Virus record (IMG/VR): IMGVR_UViG_3300035520_001173 | Span: 1 to 64,000 of that record | DNA from: a virus | Taxonomy: Duplodnaviria > Caudoviricetes | Strand: one strand, 5' to 3' | Length of the DNA: 64,000 nt | In this document: positions 56,967 through 64,000 of the stretch, in pieces | Position numbering within the stretch: position 1 is the first letter of the stretch | How the letters are laid out: the number at the start of each line of letters is the position of its first letter | The notes under the pieces: generated by a model | What the model was told of the DNA's origin: nothing | Seen by the model: only the letters and a program-made list of their open reading frames with translations | The model's database searches: none | Translations under genes and position numbers: made by a program

Positions 56967-57437
56967 TTGAAAAAAGAGGACTTTGACTTCGATAAAGAGC
57001 TTGAGGTAGAACTACCTGATGATTTATTCAATCTCTATGTAGGAACAACCGACAAGTACAACCCAAGAACATTTTTCATTGAAGGTACAACATTCACAAA
57101 TCCACCTGACTATGAAGAGGGGGTAAAGTATGATACTGAAATAAGGCGAATAAAGGGGGCGTTTAGATATGCAGTTAATACTGAATTAACAACAAACCAT
57201 CTCTATGAGAGAAGTGCTTTTGTTATCAATCTCGGTCTTATGAATATCGATGAGGAAATAGAAGCCGAAACTAAAGTTCTCTATTTCGATGTTACCTTTG
57301 TTCAAAAAAACAAACCGATTTTATCTATTGATGAAGTTTTGCCTAATATCAAGGAATTGGCTTATAAGTTCTTGGAATTGATAAAACAGCGAATAGACGA
57401 TGAAGGTTTTGAAATCTTCAAAAACATAGAAGAATAA
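56967..57437 (+). CDS. Hypothetical protein (start uncertain)
   Basis: YVGTTDKYNPRTFFI; TTG start. Confidence 0.6.
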   Translation: MKKEDFDFDKELEVELPDDLFNLYVGTTDKYNPRTFFIEGTTFTNPPDYEEGVKYDTEIRRIKGAFRYAVNTELTTNHLYERSAFVINLGLMNIDEEIEAETKVLYFDVTFVQKNKPILSIDEVLPNIKELAYKFLELIKQRIDDEGFEIFKNIEE

Positions 57438-57469
57438 CTATTTATCAACAGATAAATAAATAATTAAAA

Positions 57470-57862
57470 ATGGCTCAAACTTTTTATATACGCAAAGGTG
57501 CTACACTGCCGACATTAAGAATAGAATTAATTATGGATGGTCGATATGATTTTTTAAAATCATATAATTTCAACAATGCTATTCAAAATGCAGACATAGC
57601 CTTTTCAATGAAGAGAATGAGTGATGGTAAAAAAAAAATAATAAACAAACCCGCCATAATTGTAAAAAGCGAGCAAAGCTCATGTGAGGAACGATATATT
57701 ATCGAATATCAATGGACAGAACATGATACATTAGAAGAAGGAGAATTCATAGGGGAATTCACAATTAATTTTAAAGACGATTTATACGAAAAAGATAATT
57801 CATACCAAGGCGGGATATTACTTAGTCCAATTTCTGAAATTTTAAATATCATTATCCATTGA
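57470..57862 (+). CDS. BppU-N-like baseplate/structural protein
   Basis: FYIRKGATLPTLRIEL...IEYQW...DT...GEFTINF; late motif at 57439. Confidence 0.6.
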   Translation: MAQTFYIRKGATLPTLRIELIMDGRYDFLKSYNFNNAIQNADIAFSMKRMSDGKKKIINKPAIIVKSEQSSCEERYIIEYQWTEHDTLEEGEFIGEFTINFKDDLYEKDNSYQGGILLSPISEILNIIIH

Positions 57863-57910
57863 CAGTAAAATTTATATCATATAATTTATTTTTGAGACTT
57901 TACACAGCAG

Positions 57911-57946
57911 AAGAGAACCACTCGTGAGAGCAGTTCTCTTTTTTTT
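57911..57946. terminator. Terminator between convergent genes
   Basis: AAGAGAAC...GTTCTCTT plus T tract. Confidence 0.7.
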
Positions 57947-57951
57947 AGTTT

Positions 57952-58302
57952 TTACCACTCGTTAAGTTTAACAACTCGAATGGGTATTTGTTTGTTTTTT
58001 GCACTATCAATGATAATATCAATATCTTTTAAGCCTTTATTGAAAGCTATAAGTGCATTACAATCTTTTAACATTTCAGCATTGCGAATTTTAAGCGCAC
58101 TCTTGCCATGCTTATTCCAATTAGTAGAAAATACACGAACATCAATTCTGAATTTCTTAGCAAAATTCTCAACATTACTATCGCCTGTTGAATAGATGGT
58201 AATCCCTTCGGATGCTTTTTGTCGGAGATATTTGACACATTTAGCTTCAAAGAAGCGGCTATCTTCAACGTCTTTTCCTCCAACTATGAGTACTTTAAAC
58301 AT
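57952..58302 (-). CDS. SLOG-superfamily (YspA/DUF2493-like) protein
   Basis: KVLIVGGKD...NWNKHGKSA..IRN.EM....NALIAF...I. Confidence 0.7.
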   Translation of the reverse strand: MFKVLIVGGKDVEDSRFFEAKCVKYLRQKASEGITIYSTGDSNVENFAKKFRIDVRVFSTNWNKHGKSALKIRNAEMLKDCNALIAFNKGLKDIDIIIDSAKNKQIPIRVVKLNEW

Positions 58303-58346
58303 TGCTCTTTTTTCTATTTAAAAATTTAACATTGTTTTCTTTACCG

Positions 58347-58378
58347 CAAATATAATCAATAACAACGAAATGGGCAAA
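58347..58378 (-). promoter_or_regulatory. Bacteroidota-type promoter of the SLOG gene
   Basis: Minus strand TTTG -20 nt- TATATTTG. Confidence 0.7.
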
Positions 58379-58410
58379 TATTGTATTTATTATAAAATGG
58401 TTTTTCAATC

Positions 58411-59811
58411 ATGGTAATCAGAACACTTATAGATAAATGCACTACCATAGTAAAGGATAGTAATGATAATTATGGCCTTAATCCAATTATAATGCTCAAT
58501 TATGGCTATATTACATCTCGTGCATTGATCAATTTCAATATAGATAAAATCAAAGAAGCTTTTGGTAATAAAGAATACGAAATAAGTAACAATGTAAAAC
58601 ATACCTTACATTTAACTAACTGTGGCTCAATAGAAGAGAGGAAATTCCACAAATATATAACATCTGATGACATTAACACTGTAAAAAAGAGAGCAGTTTC
58701 TTTTGATATAATTCTATTCAAAATACCTTATCAATGGGATAGAGGTGTTGGTTTTGACAACTCCAATGATTTTTGGATTAGAGGTGATGCCGCAACTTCA
58801 ACAGATGGCTGCAATTGGTTTAACTGTATGAGTGGAATTAAATGGAATACAGAGGGTATATATTCAAAAGATGAACTCTGCACTGAGGTAGATAAGTTTA
58901 ATAATAAAGAAGAAAGCCAAATAATTGGAATTCAGCATTTTGATATTGGTAGTGAAGATTTATCTATAGATATTACAGATTATGTTGATGATTTAATTGA
59001 TGGGGTTGAGTTGAACTATGGGATAGGCATTGCATTTTCTCCATATTGCGAAGATATGGAAACCAAAATAACAAAGTATGTTGGTTTCTTTAGTGATAAA
59101 ACAAATACATGTTTTACCCCTTATATCGAATCAAGAACAATTGAAGCTATTAATGATAGCACCTATAATGTTCTTTTGAATAAAGAAAATCGAATTTTTC
59201 TCTTCTCTAATTTCTATGGCGAATATAAGGATTTAGACGAATTGCCTATATGCACCATAGATAACTCCAATTACGAGGTGCATCATTTTGATAAAGGGAT
59301 ATATTATGCCAACATAAAACTATCAAGAGATGATTTCTTTGAAGACGCTATCTACGATATAAAGTGGAGCAATCTATACTATAATGGCGAAGAATTACCT
59401 GACGAAACGAGGGAATTTGCAACAGGAAAAGAAGAGAGACATTTGAGTATTGGAAATATCGTTTCTAAGCCACCAAAGTACTCTGTGGTAATAAATGGTA
59501 TATCTAATAGAGAAAAGCTCAACCACGGTGAAATTAGAGGCCTCTACGTCCATTTTAGACAACCGTATTCCAATGTTACTATATTACCAAACAAAAACAC
59601 ATACTACCGTCTCTATATTATGAGCGGAGAAAAAGAATATACTGTGATTGATTGGGATTTTGTCAACACAATTGCAAAAGATGGAATATTCTACGTAAAG
59701 ACAGATGAATTATTACCAAATCATTATTTAGTTGACATAAAAACGACTATTGATAATGAAACAAGGATATTCAAAAGAGAATTAGAATTTGATATTGTTG
59801 GTGTGAAATAG
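58411..59811 (+). CDS. Virion structural protein (DNRLRE-like N-terminal domain)
   Basis: SRALINFNI...QHFDIGSEDLSIDITDYV...FFSDKTNTCFTPYIE; late motif at 58384. Confidence 0.55.
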   Translation: MVIRTLIDKCTTIVKDSNDNYGLNPIIMLNYGYITSRALINFNIDKIKEAFGNKEYEISNNVKHTLHLTNCGSIEERKFHKYITSDDINTVKKRAVSFDIILFKIPYQWDRGVGFDNSNDFWIRGDAATSTDGCNWFNCMSGIKWNTEGIYSKDELCTEVDKFNNKEESQIIGIQHFDIGSEDLSIDITDYVDDLIDGVELNYGIGIAFSPYCEDMETKITKYVGFFSDKTNTCFTPYIESRTIEAINDSTYNVLLNKENRIFLFSNFYGEYKDLDELPICTIDNSNYEVHHFDKGIYYANIKLSRDDFFEDAIYDIKWSNLYYNGEELPDETREFATGKEERHLSIGNIVSKPPKYSVVINGISNREKLNHGEIRGLYVHFRQPYSNVTILPNKNTYYRLYIMSGEKEYTVIDWDFVNTIAKDGIFYVKTDELLPNHYLVDIKTTIDNETRIFKRELEFDIVGVK

Positions 59812-59836
59812 AAAAGAGGGGCTTTAATGCCCCTCT

Positions 59837-60751
59837 CTAATTTATACGTATATTCTTACTTAAGAAGTCGTTTAGATTATATTTTTGCAAGGCAGTGTAT
59901 GATGAATCTTGCACGGGAGGTAACTGCGAATACTTGTGCGTATGATTATTAAAAGCTGTGATTAACGTGTGTAAAAACTCAATCAACCTGTCACCATAAA
60001 CCATTGGGTGTGCATTTTCAATAAATTTTTTCAGTTCATCATCAGATAAACCTTCATTCCCCTTATTTTTGTCGGAAAAGCTACTTACATCACTATACGA
60101 TGTATTAATATAAGGGTCACCATCAATACTAATTAGGTTGATTTCTTGGCCAACAAGATTAACAGAAGACTCAACTGTTTCAGTTGCGGATTGAGCTTGC
60201 CATGTATTTGCCCTCCATTCCTTTTTATTTACTGAAATAGGTGTTTCGTGATATTTTAATTTGATAAAAGATGGATTTGTTTTATTAAATGCAATATCAG
60301 TAGTATCTCTGTTATCAGTTAAATGGGCACCGCAACGTATTCTTACATCACTATCACCTAATATTATATCAGAGTTTTTACGGCCATATATTGCAATATC
60401 CTCATCTGTTGCAAACGCACCATTAGCTTTAGGAATATTACTAACGGCCATATCAGGGTCACCGCTTCTTCCAAGTAGGCGTAATGCACCAAGTTCATAA
60501 TTATCTTGGTACATTTCTTGATATTGAGAAATAATTGGTCCTAAATAAAAGCGTTGTAACTGAGGATTGTCATTGACACAAAATATAATTACGGCCTCAC
60601 CAATCTTGGGCTTAACATGAAGAGTTTTAGGCAACAAGGGGAAGGCATACGGTAATTCTGTATACCTATCATCTACATTTTTAATTCTTGCTTTTATCCT
60701 TTCGCCATCGAATTCATCAGAAAGGCTTTCTACTTTACCTATATAGAACAT
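59837..60751 (-). CDS. Baseplate hub/spike (gp5-like OB-fold) protein
   Basis: GKVESLSD...RIKARI...AFPLLP...KPKIGEAV..F...RFYLGP; C-terminal NHTH. Confidence 0.65.
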   Translation of the reverse strand: MFYIGKVESLSDEFDGERIKARIKNVDDRYTELPYAFPLLPKTLHVKPKIGEAVIIFCVNDNPQLQRFYLGPIISQYQEMYQDNYELGALRLLGRSGDPDMAVSNIPKANGAFATDEDIAIYGRKNSDIILGDSDVRIRCGAHLTDNRDTTDIAFNKTNPSFIKLKYHETPISVNKKEWRANTWQAQSATETVESSVNLVGQEINLISIDGDPYINTSYSDVSSFSDKNKGNEGLSDDELKKFIENAHPMVYGDRLIEFLHTLITAFNNHTHKYSQLPPVQDSSYTALQKYNLNDFLSKNIRIN

Positions 60752-60754
60752 AAC

Positions 60755-61147
60755 TTAGCCAACTATACCGTCCCCGTGGGGAATATTAACATTAAAACCT
60801 TGTACAACAACAGGGCCACCAGCATTAGAACCAGTACCCATAAATTGAATGCCACCGATAGGAATACCAACCTGTACTCTTGAGTCTAATTTAAGAGCAC
60901 TTACCATTTCTTCAACTCTGATACGTTCCATGGCTTCGGCAACATTAGCCGTACCATCAGCAGCAGGGCCAAATGGAGCACCTGCTTCAGACTGTCTTTT
61001 TATAATGCGTGAAGCAATCATCATAGCCGATAACCCTGGGCGAGAAATAGCACTACAAATTAATAGGATAGAAGGTATTGTTGCTAATGGGGCACGAGCC
61101 TTTTCAATACCTGATTGTATAGCGTCGCAAATGCTTTGAATATTCAT
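60755..61147 (-). CDS. Hypothetical structural protein
   Basis: In the baseplate operon. Confidence 0.6.
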   Translation of the reverse strand: MNIQSICDAIQSGIEKARAPLATIPSILLICSAISRPGLSAMMIASRIIKRQSEAGAPFGPAADGTANVAEAMERIRVEEMVSALKLDSRVQVGIPIGGIQFMGTGSNAGGPVVVQGFNVNIPHGDGIVG

Positions 61148-61159
61148 TATTTACAATTT

Positions 61160-62962
61160 TTAACAAGAACTACTTGGTTTAGTTTGTGTTGGTACAATGT
61201 CTGCATAGTTTACATTATCAATGTAAGTGTCAGCAGAAGAGCCACCATTAAGAATGGGTAATACGCAAGAGCTTACTAACTGTTTCAACAAGGTACGATA
61301 ATCATTAATAGTCTCAAGAAGTATTTTAGATACAAATAGTTGCAATAAAGGTTGAATCTGAGACATTAACCATTTGTATAATTGTTGCAAAATTAAATCC
61401 TTTAATTCTTTTACAAGAGCAACAATAAGGTTTTGAAAGTTCTTTATAAAGGCTTCCCAACTATTAAAGATATCTGATTTCCAAGTTTCACTCTGTGGGT
61501 CAATATCACCCATAACAATTGAATTCACTTTAAATAGTATAGCAACTTTAGGACTTAAAACTTGCATAACAATTTGAGTGATTGTCTCTTCCAAAAGTTT
61601 GTAGATAATATCTAAACCAAATGAAAATTGGTCTTTAGAATAAACCTCTCCATTTTGCGCCAAAGTTACTGATACGTCGGTAAACACATTGCTAATAGCA
61701 GTAATTTGTTCATTCAATGTTGCGGCATCACTAATAGAGTTGATAGAATCTAAAATAGAAGAATAATCAACATCAATTTCAGTATCATTGTAGGTATATG
61801 TACCATTATGTTTTTTAGTAGCCTCGGATAACAATCTATCATATTCTTCATTACTGAAAGAGAAAAAACAATCATCTACCTCGGTGTCATCAGATTCTAT
61901 AATATTTTTTACAATAGAACCAATTTTACCTGCTACAACTTCTTCCATAATGGAATAGTTGAGAGATATATTAGCCGATATGCCTAAAAGGGCATTTACA
62001 ATATTCGCAACAAGGGTTTTACTGTCGAAAAGCTTAAGACTATATATGTAATCATAATTGAATTCAAAAATAGTCTTATTCATCCTATATTGAAGATTTT
62101 TAATCTTCAAGGTTCTTGTTTGATAGTATCTTTTTGAGTTAAGCCATATTTTCAGTATATCAGTACCACCGTTAAGTTCAGAGCTGCGTTCAACGTACTC
62201 GCAATAAATAATTTCTTTTTTATTGGCTTTTTTATTTGAGCCGTAGCTTATAGTTGGATTAGGGTCTATATCTGAACCATGCGCATTGAAAAATTCAGTT
62301 TTCAAACTTGGATATTCCTTGAATGTATCAATATATTTAACACGGTTATCCCACATTAGTTTAGATTTTTGCCCATTTACACTTGTGCCCTTATTAATAA
62401 CGTACCATAAAAATGCATTGAAGTCAGTAGACTTCCAAAGGTCATTGGGATGATAGAATGGGGTATTAGCTTCAAAACCCGTTTCTTCGTCTTTATTTAT
62501 TGATTCATAAGCATCAAAATAAAAGACGCCACCTTCACGATTAGATGGGCAGTTATTTAAAGTGCCGTATAAATCTATTGCATTTAAGTTTAGTTCAATA
62601 CCTTTTTGCCCAACTACTTGATTGCTTGTGTTTGTTGTATAATCCATTAACCAATCGGGTAGTAATGGATTAATTGAACATGTAAACATGTTTTTCACAT
62701 TGGCTAATAATGCTGCCTTTAAGGTATTCTCCAAAACATATAAAAAACCGTCAGTACCTTTGCCTGCCAATAGTTTTGCAACCCATTCAATAATATCAGT
62801 TTCAGAAACACCAAGAATAGCCAAAACATCAAGCATAAAACTAAACGAAGTGTTTCCACCGATAGAATCAATGGAAGATAGCACGGGGTAACGTTCAAGC
62901 AACGTTTGAATTGCCGAAATTGCACCTAATGTTTTAGATTTGGTATCCGAAAGAGATGACAT
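61160..62962 (-). CDS. Hypothetical structural protein
   Basis: 600 aa, same operon. Confidence 0.6.
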   Translation of the reverse strand: MSSLSDTKSKTLGAISAIQTLLERYPVLSSIDSIGGNTSFSFMLDVLAILGVSETDIIEWVAKLLAGKGTDGFLYVLENTLKAALLANVKNMFTCSINPLLPDWLMDYTTNTSNQVVGQKGIELNLNAIDLYGTLNNCPSNREGGVFYFDAYESINKDEETGFEANTPFYHPNDLWKSTDFNAFLWYVINKGTSVNGQKSKLMWDNRVKYIDTFKEYPSLKTEFFNAHGSDIDPNPTISYGSNKKANKKEIIYCEYVERSSELNGGTDILKIWLNSKRYYQTRTLKIKNLQYRMNKTIFEFNYDYIYSLKLFDSKTLVANIVNALLGISANISLNYSIMEEVVAGKIGSIVKNIIESDDTEVDDCFFSFSNEEYDRLLSEATKKHNGTYTYNDTEIDVDYSSILDSINSISDAATLNEQITAISNVFTDVSVTLAQNGEVYSKDQFSFGLDIIYKLLEETITQIVMQVLSPKVAILFKVNSIVMGDIDPQSETWKSDIFNSWEAFIKNFQNLIVALVKELKDLILQQLYKWLMSQIQPLLQLFVSKILLETINDYRTLLKQLVSSCVLPILNGGSSADTYIDNVNYADIVPTQTKPSSSC

Positions 62963-63372
62963 TAATTTTTGGTTTTATAAACTTGGGTTTCACCTGCACT
63001 ATTAGTTGAAGCGTCACGGGCCAGTTCTCTTAACTTATTGATATCAAGAGTCGTGGGTACAGATTTACTTGCATCTAATGCCCCTTTTATATCCCCATTA
63101 TGCTTGATGATTTCACTCATAAGTTTAGCAATATCAAGTTTTTGTGCAACGGATTTTTGTTGGAGAGCAATATAGTTATTCATAACTTTCCCATACTTCT
63201 CCTTGCCATCAATATCCAAATTGTTTAATGGGGTTGAATTTGCAATCTTGTTTATTTCGTTTTGTATCTGTGTATACTGCTGACAAGCTAAATCGTAAGT
63301 CTCTTGTAGGAGCGCTTCAATTTTGTCGATATTATTAAGTCTAACAGAATATTTTTTCTTTGCTAAATCCAT
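62962..63372 (-). CDS. Hypothetical coiled-coil protein
   Basis: Late motif at 63392-98 (minus strand). Confidence 0.6.
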   Translation of the reverse strand: MDLAKKKYSVRLNNIDKIEALLQETYDLACQQYTQIQNEINKIANSTPLNNLDIDGKEKYGKVMNNYIALQQKSVAQKLDIAKLMSEIIKHNGDIKGALDASKSVPTTLDINKLRELARDASTNSAGETQVYKTKN

Positions 63373-63399
63373 GAAAAACTACGGTTTATTGATAAATAG

Positions 63400-64000
63400 T
63401 TACTCAATCAAATATCCCTTAATTGTAAAAAACTCGTTTTTGAATTTCTTCATATTATCTCGAATACCTTTAGTATCAAGACCTGTTTGCTCTCTCAAAA
63501 AGAACAGAATGGCATTTTTATTAAGCTTATTACTACCATCAGTAGAAAGAACATAGTCCCAATTTTCTAATAAGTTTTTAAGAGCAGTTCCGAGTTTAAT
63601 TTCATTATCCCTAAGGCTGTAGCCTTTAGGGTTATTGAGCATCTCACCTATTTTTTCAATAAGCATTTCTACTGCTTCAGACATGATTTTAGGCGCTCGT
63701 TCAACTTCATCCGAATATTTAATATCGTTAATGAATTCGGGCACAGCATCATCATATGCTTGATTTCTTAACAGACTTTTATTGTAAGATTGAATTCTAC
63801 CAATAAGGTAGTGTTTACATACGGTGCCGTAATAAGAGTAAGCTTTATATTTACCAGGCTCGAATTTATCGGCCTTCATTAGGAGAAATGACAGTGCATC
63901 GTTAAACGTAAAGTCCATCGACTCCCCTGGTACATATAGTTTGTAACGACGGATAATAGATTCTACCATCTTTTTGAATGCAGGCCGTAAAATTTCATTA
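63400..64000 (-). CDS. Sigma-factor-like protein (candidate late sigma, gp55-type), 5'-truncated
   Basis: The frame is open to the window end (NEILRPAFKKMVESII); region-2-like DALSFLLMKADKF.P...KAYSYYGTVCKHYLI. Confidence 0.6.
   Translation of the reverse strand, partial: NEILRPAFKKMVESIIRRYKLYVPGESMDFTFNDALSFLLMKADKFEPGKYKAYSYYGTVCKHYLIGRIQSYNKSLLRNQAYDDAVPEFINDIKYSDEVERAPKIMSEAVEMLIEKIGEMLNNPKGYSLRDNEIKLGTALKNLLENWDYVLSTDGSNKLNKNAILFFLREQTGLDTKGIRDNMKKFKNEFFTIKGYLIE

Noticed and set aside
56845-56970. Short ORF from ATG 56845 as a frameshifted 5' part of 56967
   Set aside because: It would need an added base near 56941; the peptide looks low-complexity and nothing else supports it, so it is left unresolved.
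1-64000. Stop-codon recoding (TAG to Gln, as in Lak megaphages)
   Set aside because: Long late genes are uninterrupted in the standard code, and TAG acts as a normal stop immediately before hairpins or terminators (52107-09, 59809-11, 38257-59).

Overview
This is a 64-kb segment of a large T4-like (jumbo-type) myophage genome in the standard genetic code. The host is very probably a member of the Bacteroidota, because five canonical TTTG-19/20nt-TAnnTTTG promoters are present. From left to right: (1) a head module with a prohead protease carrying a mini-intein, a scaffold and the major capsid protein, interleaved with two free-standing homing-endonuclease-like genes; (2) an early/accessory island of small genes, several of them frameshifted; (3) a four-gene NAD operon (Nampt-like, kinase-HAD, HAD, PRPP-synthetase-like) that looks like an extended NARP1 anti-defence pathway; (4) terminase, neck and portal genes surrounded by putative virion-packaged effectors (tandem ADP-ribosyltransferase-like, ArdC-like, AEP-like), which share a short helical tag and I/L/V-x-E sites with other late proteins; (5) a set of modular fibre genes followed by a 2172-aa adhesin targeted by a complete diversity-generating retroelement (VR, hairpin, avd, TR, RT); (6) an AT-rich palindromic non-coding region, baseplate genes and a truncated sigma-factor-like gene. 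Three distinct promoter classes can be read directly from the sequence. All protein-family calls come from motif recognition by eye; no database searches were run.
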